This document shows, in pieces, positions 39,731-53,433 of a stretch of DNA of 64,000 nt. The stretch is from Camelus dromedarius (taxonomy: Eukaryota), in contig NC_087472.1 of the NCBI RefSeq assembly GCF_036321535.1, positions 91,328,001-91,392,000 on the forward strand, given 5' to 3'. The translations under genes were made by a program, and so were the position numbers. Below the pieces are notes generated by a model that was not told the DNA's origin, searched no databases, and was given only the letters and a program-made list of their open reading frames with translations. The stretch's first letter is position 1. Each line of letters begins with the position of its first letter.

Positions 39731-40659
39731 AATGACATGACAAAAATAGAATCAAGGGGAAAAAAAAAACTAAGAAAGAGCATTCCAAAGAGAATGCCAT
39801 TTTAAAAAAATCTGTAACCTTCTCTGGGGTGCTAGAAACTTCTACTTGCCGTCAGAGTGTATAGCCCCTTTTCCTTCAGAAATCTACCGAAATTACACAA
39901 TCTGGTGGAGTGAGAGCTCACAAACATTATGCAGGTTTAATTTTTCTAGGTTCTTTTACCTTTGGGCCAGGATCTTAGAGTCATTCAGTTCGCTCTATGA
40001 AAGACTTCTATGGACTTCTAATAACAGCTTGGTGACAGAAACTAACATTTTCATTAGAAGCGTGGGTGTAGGGCAATATTTAAACTGCTTGGGACCTTTG
40101 CCTTCCAGAGCCACTGTCCTAAATCAGTCAGGCTGGGGGAGAAAGATACATTTGGCAAGTTCAAAATTTCTTCAGATTTAAAGTTTTACTATGTTAATTC
40201 TTTGTATTAGGGTTCAGATTACCTAAAAAATGTAGAGACAAGGATGCTAGTGAGAATGGAATTCATATCCTACAAAAAATCCAATTTTAACCTATTGGTT
40301 TAATAAATCCTTATCATCTAATTCAATCCTTTAGGGAGGCATGAATAAGAGGAAGGAATTCTAACAGATTCAACTTTCCCTTTTCCTTCATTCTTTTAAA
40401 TATCTTAATGGCAGATACAAAAGGATTATGAGACAGACTTGGGTTTAGGATAAAAATTGATGCATGAAAATTGAGATGCTCCACAAATTTGGTTGAATCT
40501 TTTGGCCTCCTGGCCTTAACACAAATAAATTATTAGAAGACTAAAGCAGAGTTTATGACAATACTCATTTGTGTGATCTGCAAAGAATAAACAAACAACA
40601 CCAGTAAAATGGAAATTCTCAGTTGCTCAACTAAGAAGCAGTATGTTTTTCTCTTCAAG

Positions 40660-40752
40660 ACCGATTTATAGTAGAGGAAGTAAAGCAATATCTTGACTTG
40701 AGGAGAAAGTGTCTCTATGTCCCAAGACCTGGATATCATATTGGGAGGAGAG
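40660..40752 (+). other. Candidate non-coding 5'UTR exon of TASL
   Basis: Acceptor tttttctcttcaAG (AG at 40658-40659) and donor GAG|gtacga at 40753. Donor strength is only moderate. Confidence 0.35.
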
Positions 40753-43700
40753 GTACGAAGTAAACAGAGAAAAACCATAGTAACTAGGAAAGAGAGGCAT
40801 AAGTGTGTAAAGACAGGCAGAAAGAAGCAAGAACGTGTAGCAAAATTCTGTCAAGTGTTTCCAGGGATGATTTATTTTAGAGAGAATGATAGAAATTTCA
40901 GTTTTGGTGTTAGAGATTTCTGTTAGATCTTTAAGGCACAGAATGTCAAGTAATAGCAAAGACTGACAATTAGAAAACAGAAACTAAAATATTTCATGGC
41001 ATTGCTAATTCGTTAATCATTCAGGTACTTGCCTTGCTACCTCTGATTAATGCCAACTACCAGCTAACAGCCGACAAGGATGCACTATTCTATATACTAC
41101 ACATGGCCTTAAAATGAAACATATGGGATTAAATTCAATTTGCCCCTTTAATTTATATCATATTTCAATTTGGAATCATTTTTCAACTGAACGAATTTCA
41201 AAATGCTTCAGAAACTTTACAAATGCAGTAATCATATTATTTGATACTGAAATGAAAATCTCTCTGAGGTGGAAAATGGGAGTTATTCAAGAGCAAACAG
41301 CATCCATTACAATCAATTATATTCTAAATAACAAAATCTCCAGTGCGCAACAAGCCATTACAGTTTCATAGGAATTTAGAATGTTGTACTTAATAAAGCA
41401 ATTATAATCTGTCATCCTGTCCTCAAAATCAGCAGTACTGCCCCAGAGCTTACCTTATGGATTTCTTTGGTATAAATTAGACCCATTGAAGTATAACCAG
41501 GAATTTCTAAATGTCATGTTAATTTTACTCTGTGGAATATATAATATGTTTCTATACTCTAACATCTTCATGTTAATTTTTATAGAATAGCGATTAAAAT
41601 TAATCTTCTGCAGGGGAAATTCATTAAAACTTTATATATAATTCTGTAATTGCCTCTGCAGGAAATAGTGATTATAAAAGTGCCTAAGGTAAAATGTGAA
41701 AAATAAATATGAAAAAAATAGAATCACATTTTTAGAGATGTTATAAGTTATACCTTATTATGAAAAAGTTTATTTTTATACCATTATGTACTATCATAAT
41801 AGCACGAGGGTTTTTGTTCACTTTTCCTAGAGGCATAGACTAAATTCAGTTGTAAATTTCTCTGGTATATTGAGTTGCCTTGGCAGGCATTGGTGACTAA
41901 TTGTAGAGATGGAACAAAGCGGAATTAGAGAGGACTTTGAGGTATTGAGCTTGGGTAATGCAATAAAGGTAAGTAAGGATATAGATTTTGGGGCCTAAAG
42001 ATTAAAACTTTGGCCTTATTTATATGAAGCAAAGATTCACAAATGAAAATCTGGAGGTCATAGGAGAAAGACATCTGGAGGACTGAAGATACAGATTCCC
42101 AGGTCATCCAAAGAAGATAATGAAAGCTGTGGCAAGTGAGGAGTTTACCAAGATAGGATACTTAGGAAAAAAAAAAAAAGTAGAAAACCAGTTCTAGGAA
42201 ATAAATGGTTGATAGGCAACCCATGAAAGAGCTTAGAAAGGAGAAAGTTGGGGGGTAGAATTACTAGTAATATGCAGTGACACCAAATCCACTTGGTGGT
42301 AGTAGGGAGACCTTCCCAAAAGAGGGGTGGCATCAATAAAGAACCGAGTGAAAATATTATTATTCGAACAGTCAAGCATTGAAAGTCTATGTAGTTTTTT
42401 AAAAGGATGAAGTCAATCTGCATGTACTGACACTGAAAAATTTAAACAAAAAAGATAAGGGACAAAATAGCATACAAAATATCCTATCATTTGTATACAA
42501 AAGAGGACATAAGAGATCACTGGACTGATACACAAGAAACTGACGATCATAATTGCCTTTGGGGAGGCTCCTGAGAGCTGGAGATCAGAAGGGGAGAGAG
42601 GTTTAATTTTCACTATACATTTTTTTGTACCATTTATGCTTTTTATCACATATATTAATTTTTAAAAACTATTTAAAAAGATTATTGAACAGTGTCAAAT
42701 ATTGTAGAAATGTCAAAGAGGATATAGACTGAGATAAGGTCATTAGACTTGATGACTAAGGGATGTTGGGAATTTTGAGAAGGTAGGTTCAGTTGAGTCA
42801 ATTTGGTTTTGAGAGAAAACTGTATTTTAAACAGCTAGAGAGCACACACACTTCAGGAAGACAAAGAATTTACCTTGAAATAATTGAGGTTTGATGGAAT
42901 AAATTTATGAACTGATAAGTTGTGTGTATGTGCATATATACATACATATATATATTTAATACATATAGATTTCTCTAGTTATGGGAAAGACAATAATGGG
43001 TTTTATCTGGAACTGGCAATTGGCAAGTGAGATGTGACAGAAAGACAAACTGTTGAGGAATTTGAGAGTGCTGGTAAGGGCACTTGGGAAGTGAGTATAG
43101 GGTGGACTGGGTAGGGGAAATCGTGAGGATTCAGGGTAAGCTAAGTATGGATGACATTATCATGGAAATAGCTTGGAAGAAGTTTTGACACCAGGAGGGT
43201 AACTGAATGATAGGAATAATATCCATTTAGAGGCATAAACCATCCATCCAGCAGATTGATACAAAACCGTATTATAAGATTTCAGCTACAAAGGATGTAA
43301 TTCTGCTTTATTACAGTCAGCAAAGGGAAAGCAGTTTAAAGCCAATTTCATAAGTTCAGGTCTTATCAAAAGAGCAAACTTGACATAGTGCCAACTTCTT
43401 GATTACAGAAAATATTTGCTGCAAAGGATGATTTCCATAAAACGAGTACTTTAAGAGACAAAAATCGAGAGTGAATAAGTGAATATAATAAAAATTCTGC
43501 ATATTGTATTTGAATAAAATAATCAATGTGACTTAATCCAACCTAAAGCAGATGGAATCCCCCTACAGTGGTTATTGTATGGCACTACAGGTGAGCTCTT
43601 GGGGACCCCATCAGAAAGTGTTTCTGGAGGTTGGTAAGACCTACTCTAGGATCCCTACAACCAGCATATAGCTGGTTGTGGTTGAACTTACACTAGAATG

Positions 43701-45199
43701 GGATAAAACAATATTTGGCCCTGAAATTGCTATGATCTCTTTCTCACAGCTAAACTCTACAAAAGCTTGGACACATTCCTGGGCCTGATTTTATAGGATT
43801 ACACTGCATATCAACCTGCCCCTGAGGCAACGAGTTTGGTCCTCCTAGTGGAAGCAGGGCAAGACAGACTTGAGACTAATTGAGAAACTGTCTGTTATGG
43901 CTCAAATGTGGGAACCTGCCTTTTCAACTGGATCTAAGTAATGTTCCGTGAAATAATGCAGAAAATTAAGAGATTGTAACAGAAATCAAAATGTCATTAC
44001 ACTTTTAAAGATAAAACTTTTGAAGATTAGTCATAGATAAGAAGTGAACAGAACAAACCCATTAAGTGGAAATGCTCACAAACTCAGTCTAGAGCTTAGC
44101 TTTGCTCAGAATCAGGTAGAAAAAGACAACAGAAGTAGGTATTACTTGGGGCAGGATTATTCTTTGTTGGTTTAATTGAAGCAGTCAGGGTAAACTAGTT
44201 ATTTTGAGAACTCTAAACATTTTTCTGCTTTTGGGCAAGAATAACTGACTCATTTGTAGACAGACTTCTCTGTCCTCCAGGGAAGATAAAGATTATAATT
44301 TGTTTGGACTGTAAAATCAAATAAAATTAAGTATGACTTAAAATAATACTTTTAAAAAGAAAAAGTAATACATATACACAGTAAAAATTTCAAAAGGGTA
44401 TAGTGTGAAAATTCAGACTCACTCTCGAAAGGCAATTGCTTGTTTCTAGTTTCTTGCATATCCCTATAGAAATATTCAACGCATAGGCAAAAAAATAAAT
44501 TTCTTTAAAAATACAAATTGGAGCATACTATATGTTTTATGTTTTTGCTAAACAATGTTTCCTGGAGCTCCTTTCCTATTATTAGACATAAAATTACCTC
44601 ACTCTAACAACTACATAGTTTTCTACAGTAGGGATAAACAGACTCTCAGTTTTTTAGTCAGTATTCTATTTATGAATATTTTTTCCTAGTTGTTTCTCAA
44701 GCAATGCTGGAAAAATTATCTTTTTACCCATCTTCGTACACAGGAGCAAATATATTCTATGAATAAACTTCAGAAATGGAATTATTGGGTCAAAGGATGT
44801 GAATATTTAAAATTTTGAGGAAAAAACTTTGACAGATACATACTTTTTAAAATGTTTATCATCTCACCAATAGTGTATGAGAGTGCCTGTTTCTTCACAA
44901 TCTTACCCACTCAAGTGTATTATCACACTTTTTACCTTGGTTAATTTGAGAGAGAAAATTGTTTTCATTTGCATTTTTTAAAGTTATGAGTACAATGGAG
45001 AAATAATACTTCTTAAAAATGACAGGTTAATGATACAACTGGAAATTTGCTAAATCATATCTGACTTTGGCTCCCTTTTGGGAGAGGGGCCCCAGAGAAT
45101 TTGTTGTTATTGGAGTAAATGTATGTTAATAAGTTTCTTACATAATGTGTAGCAATAAACTATTTTAACAAGAGGCAGTTTCATAGATAGGTTTCATTT

Positions 45200-45350
45200 T
45201 TCGAAAAAGGGGAAGAAACAGCATTCTGTGGCTCGATGTGGGTTTGTCAGTTATTGCCTCCCCCCTTCCTGGGACTTCCCACTGCTCTTTAGCACAAATC
45301 AGACTCGAGCACAAACAACTCTTTTTCCATAGGATCAGTTATAAAAAGAA
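45200..45350 (+). promoter_or_regulatory. Candidate alternative promoter or intronic enhancer (PU.1/ETS, NF-kB, TATA)
   Basis: AAAAAGGGGAAG at about 45205, GGGACTTCCC at 45271-45280 and TATAAAAAG at 45340-45348. Confidence 0.45.
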
Positions 45351-45582
45351 TGGCCAGTGCAATGAGCAGCTTACTTTCTTGGTCTCATCAGTGAAAAGTA
45401 GACTCACCAAAGGCGTGCAACCATTTCTGGAAACAGCACTGGCTGACTCGTTCATCTCTATATGGTCAGTCGTGTTTCTGCAGGACCAAAAGAGCAGACT
45501 GGTTAGTGAAGGTAAGGAAAGGAGGCAACAGGCCCTGTGACTGCTAACTTTTTCTGTCATTTCTCTTCTCACACCTTCTTAG

Positions 45583-45651
45583 CCTCTTATCATCAGAGCT
45601 TCGATCCGATCTCATGACATCTAAAATGCTTCTCTAGTTTACAAATCAGAG
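45583..45651 (+). other. Candidate non-coding exon
   Basis: Branch-like gctaac at 45543-45548, long pyrimidine tract, AG at 45581-45582 and donor GAG|gtgagt at 45652. An upstream donor AAG|gtaagg lies at 45512. Confidence 0.5.
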
Positions 45652-46559
45652 GTGAGTGGGCATGTAAGCAAGCATTCAATGGACTTAGACAATCAAGAGA
45701 AATTAAGTCAAACACTCTTCTTATCTCATGTTCACATTTTGGACATTTCCAATTTTTAATTTTTTCCTTAAAATTTGGGGTGGGTCTGATCAAATATCTG
45801 TTGCATAATTTATTCAGTCCTCGTTCACTAATTGCTACACAGGTTTAGCTTCTGCATTTTTAAAAGAAGGCCTAAAAACCTAAGCAGAATTTTGCAGGGA
45901 CAGCACAACTCTTAAATTCGGTTACAGTGAAATAGTTTTTGAAATGAATACAATCATAATAAATTCCAATTGGATTAGACTTTCAATTATTCATTTGGCG
46001 AGCTTGTGGTGAGTGTTTCTGTGCGGCAGGACATACTCAAAGTGAATGTGATCTACAGTGATGATGCTTTTCAAATTGTCATCTGGGTGATTTGGGGAAA
46101 GTCTCCCTGTTGGTACTAAAGACAGTACATGCACAGGTGGGCTTTTGTTTGAATTATCTTTAGACCTGCTCAAACATTCTTCTTCTTGTGCATATCTATG
46201 TGTGCTTAAATGTAAGACTAGTTTGGCCAGAACATTCATAAGGTTATTTTTAGACCATATCTTGCATAGGTTAATGTAAGAAGATTGTGTTTCTGAGCTT
46301 GAGAAGCTTCTAGGAGAATTGGAGAGTATTTGAAATCAGTGTAAAACATTCACATTATAACACTAATTTGTGGGATATATAAATGTAGTGCACTAATTTT
46401 ATTATCTCAGAGCAAAGTGATGTTTTTGAAAGTTATTTCAAGTTACTGAAACATTTCCAAACACATACCTAACGCTTTTCTTAGATATATAGGATCCTGT
46501 CCCTCTAAGTTCTTCATAAACATGGTAAATTTGTCTCTATTAACTAAATATAGTTACTT

Positions 46560-47000
46560 TCCCCCCAATTTTTGTTTTGCAGTTTCGAACCGATATAAAA
46601 ATGAAAGAACAGAACAATGAACACACGTATTTCCATCGTGTAGATGAATCAGTTACAGCATTTTGCCACATTTAGCTTCTCTCTTGCTATGTCTCTCTCT
46701 CTCTGTATATATATTACTAAACACACATATACACAGGTTTTTTTCCTGAACTGTTGGAAAGTATATTGTTGATTTTAAGGCACATTACCTCAAATTCTTG
46801 AGCCCCTTTCTCCTAAGAAAAAAGGTAGTCTTCTATATGATTATAATGATAAGGAAATTTAACATTATTACATCACTATTATCTAATATACAATCCATAT
46901 TCAAATTTGTCCAATTCTCTACATGTCCTTTAGAGTGTTTTTATTTTTAAAATTTCAGATGTAATCAAGTATCTTGCATTGCATTTAGTTGATATGCCTA
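46560..47000 (-). mobile_element. Old L1 (L1MC-like) 3' end
   Basis: aatgaacacacgtattt and taatatacaatccatattcaaattt motifs. Confidence 0.6.
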
Positions 47001-49775
47001 CAATTAAGTAAATGTTAACAGGCATAATTAACAATATAATTAAACATGATTAACAATTATAACACCAAGGAATTACGATCAGTCAATACTATTACGATTA
47101 CTTTTCTTATATTTTTAGTCCTCTCATTTTGGGACAAAGTACTTTAAAAGTAATTTGAAAAAGTGATCATAAGTTTAATTTTTCTGATATAAAGACAGAA
47201 TATGAAGAAAAATCCATATATGAGAAATACATGTTTAATAAGGTATCTGCACCAAAAATTTACATTTTCTGAAATAAGGAAATTCATATCCAGATACAGT
47301 CCTTGGAAGTAGCTGTTACCTTTGGTCATAAGGAACTAAGTAGAACTAAACAGAAAATTATTTATTTTCTTGCTGATGTTAATGTGGAAAATAGAGGCCT
47401 TCTGACTTATGATTATGTTATATGAACCATCAAATTAGACTTTGAGAAATTAACTTGGTAAGTAAGAAACACGTTATATTTGAGAGTAGAATTGATAATC
47501 CCAAATTATGTGTTTTTTAAAATAAGAACTGAAATATAAACTAAGTGATATGTCACAGCATCCATCAACAAATGCCACAAAATATGAAATAACAGGGATA
47601 TAATCCAAGGTATATGATTAAGCAAATGGTTATTTCCAGCTTTAAGGAACACCTACTTTCAAAGATAAGGGTGAGGAAAATGCAGACTTTTTCTATACAG
47701 GGATATCCTTTCTAAAGAAACCCCTTGTTTTGTGTAAAGTTCTTGTATCATTCACTGAAAAAAAATTTAAAACATGTACTATAAATTTCGTTACATTATC
47801 ATTATCATAACTAGATTCTGAACAAAATAATATTCAAGGTTTTCAATGATAAACTTTCAGTGGTTTATTTACAAGTCCCCAAATAAAGATCTTTAAAAAA
47901 CAGAGATTGGAATTATGAGATCTAAAATTTAGATTGTAGGAAAAAGAGATGAAAAGAAGAAATAGAGTATTTTGAAGATTGAGAGGGATTAAAAAGAACA
48001 TTTCTGATGTATCACCTACACATAATCCTGACAAGACAGTTTACTTCACTCTCAAATTTGAGGCAAAAATAAATTTGCTCATCTGATTGGAAAATCAAAA
48101 AATAATAATGTGTTGGAAAATGTCAGTGGAAACAGTCAATCTTAGACATGGAGGGTGAGAGACTAAATTGGCCCAAGCTACTTGAAAGGCAATTTGCAAT
48201 AGATGTGGTCTAGTAATTCGGCTTATCCCAATCTGACCTAAGGAAATATTCATGGAGGCATATGCAGTGATTACACATAGTAAGACAGCAAGAAAAACCT
48301 CAGTGTCTACTATGAGAAATTATTTGCTAATGTAAGATGTGCCTGTAGATGTCCTATTTTCTAACTGTTAGAAGGCAGATCTATATAAGCAGACATGCTG
48401 ACAAGTGGGAACCAAACTGTACCCCAACTAGCTAGGCTTAAGATCTTCTACCAACAGCAGATCACATTTTCCTGTTATTATTTCTGTGGGTTACATCTGT
48501 GATGCCAAGAGCCAACCCCATCCCACCACCTCCATTTCGGTGCGGCCGTGGACGTCTTGTTTGCACTGTCTCAACACAGCTTCTCAGAACTCTTGGTTTC
48601 ATGTGCACAATTTGTCCTTCCAGAGACGGGATCTGTTTTGCTACTTATCACCCCCCCCCCAGTTCCCCACTTCCTACCAATGCTCAATCTTCTTGCTTTT
48701 CTTTTGCAATTGCCAGTTACTCCTTCATTTAAAGGATCTTCCCAATGATTTATTTCACTGTTTGAGGTAGCAGCTGGATTTTGCTCATGTTCCATGCAAT
48801 CCTGATACATATACTGGTGTAGGGGAGAGAAGAACTTAGAATTTCTTTCTAATTTAGGGGCAAAGATTCTGAACGGATGGCTGGGGGCTCTGAAATGTTG
48901 AGATATGAGACTTGAAGGGTAGGGGTGGTGGCACGGGGGATGGGTAGGGAAACAGGAAGCTCAGAACAGAAGAAAAAAGCAGAAACGCCTGGATGGGCGT
49001 GGGGTTTGGGAAAACTGGGAGGAATTCAGTATGGCTGGAGTCCTGGGTTCTGTAGGGAGAGGCAGAGATGAGATGGAGAACGCAGATAAGGACCACATAT
49101 CATGAGAGCCTAACGTTATCCTGGAGGTAATGGGGAGCTACTGATATTTAAACAGGGCATCTGTAATATACCTCTGTAGTTGTAAGATAAAGGGTGAGAT
49201 GATACTAGGCTATAGTACTAGAAATGGTTATGGAAAATGTTCATATGGTTAGATTAAAAGAGCAGAGGATAAATTATTTGTATATCTCTAACACATATGA
49301 GCACTGATGCACAATTGGGACTCGTGTGTAGCCCTGTAGTATGGGCACTGGCTGTCTTCTTGGAGCTTTTCTTTCTGTACTTCACTTCCTTGCTTTGTTC
49401 AGCAAGTGTTGTTTATTAAATGGAGTCAGGGCTGGTACCCGTTTCCTGGAAGGACTAATTGCTTGTCATGACTGTGATATTAACTGCTCTCAACTATGCA
49501 GTAGTGTGATATGTTTTAAGAACAGACCATACACTTTGGGGTTAGGAAATTTGGACTTGAATCTTGCTTCTACTGCTTATTTGCTTTGTGACCTAGGGAA
49601 GGTCACTTGTCCTATCAATCTTAGCTTTCTCATTTGGATCACCCAGATTATGACAACAATGAACAGTGCAGTGTTGTCAGAAGATTAGGGGTAATGTCTG
49701 GAAAGCACCTGACACAATTGCCTTTATTATTACTATGCCCTATCCAACTTACTGCCTCTGCTTTTTGACTTAGGT

Positions 49776-49966
49776 CAAGGATAGGCAAGTCATAGCCTAT
49801 GGGTCAAATTGGCCCTCTGCCTGTTTCTGTAAATAAAGTTTTACTGGAACACAGACATACCCATTTGTTCACATATCGTCTACTATGATGGCAGAGTTGA
49901 GTAGTTGTGACAGAAACCTAAAATATTAAGTATTTGGTCATTTATAGAAAAAGCCTGCAGATCTCT
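49776..49966 (+). mobile_element. MER58A-like hAT MITE
   Basis: ctgcctgtttctgtaaataaagttttactggaacacag ... tttatagaaaaagcctgc. Confidence 0.75.
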
Positions 49967-50790
49967 AACTTAGATTTTTCCAAACATTCCCTCTTAAAAA
50001 GTTCTTCCCCCTTTAGTTTTTCTCTTTGAATCCATGCTTGTGTTGTTTGTAAATTAAAAGTCTGTCTATGTACAGAGTTATAATAAATTTTCTGAAAAAC
50101 TATGCCAATGTTAGTGTAGAAGGAAGAATTTATATTACAATTTCTTCGGAAATCCAAGTAAATGATTTAACAAGGTGCTGCACTTTAGCACATATTTCTA
50201 AGTTGTGAATTTGCACATAAGGTTAATTTTGGTATTCCCCTGTCTGGTAATGATTAATGTAGGCTATATTTGCCTAGAACATCTCATCTGCAAATGTCCT
50301 TGAGAGTCTTTCCCTGCACACTTAATCAGTCATGGAGAATTTCAGATATATCTCTGTCTATATCTCTATCTTCTCTATAATGAGAAACAAAAATTCAAGT
50401 GATAACATATCTTTGAACAATTGAAGTAATCCACTGGCTTAAGTTTTATTGTCTCAGATGAAATTCAGCCAAATATGTTAACATTTGTTTGAAGTACATC
50501 TTTTATAATACTTTTCACAACATTGAGTAATGTCTTGTAAGAATTTTACAGATAATCACAAATTTACTAAGAAAAAATGCCAATAATTAATCAAAATAAA
50601 CCCAAATAATTTTCTCTACCTTGAATTTTACGACATAACGATATATAGTACTATTTTTATTCTAATCGTACATTAAAGGGTTTTTATAAAGATCAAATGA
50701 GTTAATGTATGTATAATTTTTATTTCTCACACAATATTCCTCTGCATAGCTTGAGAACAAGCTTTCAAAAGCTGCCTTAGCATGCTCTCT

Positions 50791-50805
50791 GCTGCCCTCT
50801 GCTGC
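50791..50805 (-). promoter_or_regulatory. Candidate CTCF site
   Basis: GCTGCCCTCTGCTGC; the reverse complement GCAGCAGAGGGCAGC resembles the CTCF core CCASYAGRKGGCRS. Confidence 0.45.
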
Positions 50806-52744
50806 TAATTCCCAGAAACTGATTTTGACTCTAAGCGATGCTCACCTCAATTTCTCTCCTCTTAATATACTCAAAAATCCATGCAATATTAAAGTTTGAG
50901 GAGACTCTAAAAATAATTTAATCCCACATTCCCAACGTACAGGTAAGAATTTGAGTCTCTGAGAAGTTAAGTGACATGTGAGCGTGGGCTGTTTCCTGAC
51001 TGCCAGCTTTTCAATGCCTGCTGGCTTCGGACACACTAATTTTGACATCTATAAAACAAGCACAACGACAGTGCCCACACCTTCAAGTCTTTTTGGGGAG
51101 CCAATGATTTAGTACATTAAAAGCATGAAGAATCGTGTCTGGGTTGTAGCTAGTACCAATGTTGGCTATTTATAAACTTGCCATTAACTAGGCTAAAACC
51201 ACAGTTAGTGACAAGGTCAGAACTAGAATTCTGGTCTCTTGACTACCAGTTCAAGAATTTTTTTTTTTGCCTTAGTGAGTCTGAATAACAAATTTAACTT
51301 CAAATGTAGATTTTTATAACATGACCTGTTCACATGTGAAGCTCTCACTGTCTTGACAAAGCTACTGACACTATAGCTCTTGCAATAGCTCATTCCTCCT
51401 TATACTGTTCAAGGCAGGTTCCCCACAGAAATGATAATTAACACTCATGAGCTCAAGCCCCCAGATATAAAATCCTACAGCCCACACTTGGGATATGATT
51501 TCACTGTTGACCGTAAGTAACCCCTCAAATGGGTGCCCTGCTTGAATTTCCATGTACAATTAGACACTTCCACTCAGTTTACCTCCTATCAGACTCAAGA
51601 GGAACCAAACTAAACCTATCAGCTCTTTTCCTGGCTCCTTCTTCTGATCTCCCCATTTTGGGCAATGCTGGTGCCATATGCCAGTGTGCCCAGACTCGGT
51701 TACTTCTGACTTCTCTCTCCTTCACTTCTAAGTCCAGCAGCCTTGGTCTCTCCAGTTCATTCCTTCTCTTCTACCTCCCTCCTGGTTCCTGTCCCAATCA
51801 TCTCAGGATGATGAATCCAGCAGCCTCCTAACCTGGGTCCCTAACTCCAGTCTCAGCCTGCTGAAATTCATCTTGTCCTTTACTGGTAGACCGCATCATG
51901 CCTTAAATGACTTTGGCTGCCTTCCAGAGCTCTGTATTGCCTTTGGGATAAACTGAACATCTTCAGCCTTGCATGTCCCAATTTACCTCTCTGATCGAAA
52001 TCTTTTCCTTTAGGCACGGGTGTAACTATCCCTAGACATCAGGACACATTTTCTGCTTTCCCATCATTGGACCTACCATCGTAGTGGTCTACCTTAGGCC
52101 CCACACATCAGAAAGGGAGGGCTCTTACACTACCAGAATGAAAGTATCAACAAAACTCTCAGACCATGATAAATCGGGCAAAGGGCCCATTACTCAAGAC
52201 AAAATCCCGGACCCGCTTCCTTCACCGTTGTGAAAGAGCAGAGATTACTTGGAGGACCCGTAAATATCATCCACATAAAGTTAAAGACTCCACAAGAAGT
52301 TAGAACTTGTTTACTTGATCCCCAACTTTTAAGAAATGTTATGTTGTAAATCCTTGAAGTTTAAAATATTTTACTACAGCTGTGTAAAAGAACTGATTTT
52401 CTAAAAAGAACTGATTTTCCCCTTACCTCATGTTGTAAACTAAAAGGATCAATGAAAATTTATCCAATGGGGGGGAAAAACTAGTGTGATGTCTTAGTGA
52501 TTGGTAATGGGAACTACTTCTAGAACATTTTAATAAATTATTTGGAAGGTGGATCAGAGGGCTACTTTAGAGCTTCAGTAAATAGTGGGCTCTACTCAAT
52601 AGAGAAATATTGGTATTAAAAAAAAGAAAAAATATTCTGAAATTCAATGAGAAAACAGGCAACATATAAGCTGCAAATATACATTTAGGAAAAAAACCAT
52701 AAACGATGCATAAAGAATCCTCTGGGGTGGACCTACAGGTTATC

Positions 52745-53110
52745 ACACTAAGTTAAGAAAGAGAAAGACAAATATCATATGATAGCACTTACATGTGGAA
52801 TCTAAAAAAATGGCACAAATGAACTTATTTACACAACAGAAACAGATTCACAGAACATAGAAAATAAACTAATGGTTACCGGGGTGTGGGGGATGTAGGG
52901 AATGGGGTTAGGGAGAGATAAATTAGGAGTTCAGGATTTGCAGATACAGACTACTATATATAAAATAGATAAACAACAAGGTTCTATTGTATCTTGTAGT
53001 AAACTATAATGAAAAAGAATATACATATATGTGTGTGTATAACTAAGTTATCTTGCTGTATACCAGAGACTAACACAACATTGTAAATCAACTATACTTC
53101 AATTTAAAAA
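52745..53110 (+). mobile_element. L1 3' end
   Basis: L1 3'UTR; aaagaatcc duplicated at 52712 and 53111. Confidence 0.82.
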
Positions 53111-53241
53111 AAAGAATCCATTAGGACTGATAGTTTAATATGAAAAGGACTATGATAAATAGGAGATCTGCGATATGACTGAATGGAAACAAGGGGTACT
53201 CACGTGTGACTTTGCATTATCACCTTCACTGTCTTCTAAGT

Positions 53242-53433
53242 CTGTGCTGCCCAATATTATAGCCATGAGGTATTTTTAAATAATTTAAATTTAAAAAGTT
53301 AATTCATGAATTAATGAAATTCATTAGCCACATTCCAAATGCTTAAAAGCCACATATGGCTATTTGTTAATATTTTGGACAGCACATATCCAGATCATTC
53401 TATCATCCCAGAAAGTTCTGCTGGATCACACTG
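53242..53433. mobile_element. MER3/MER33-like hAT MITE
   Basis: ctgtgctgcccaat ... agccacatatggcta ... gaaagttctgctggatcacactg. Confidence 0.65.
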
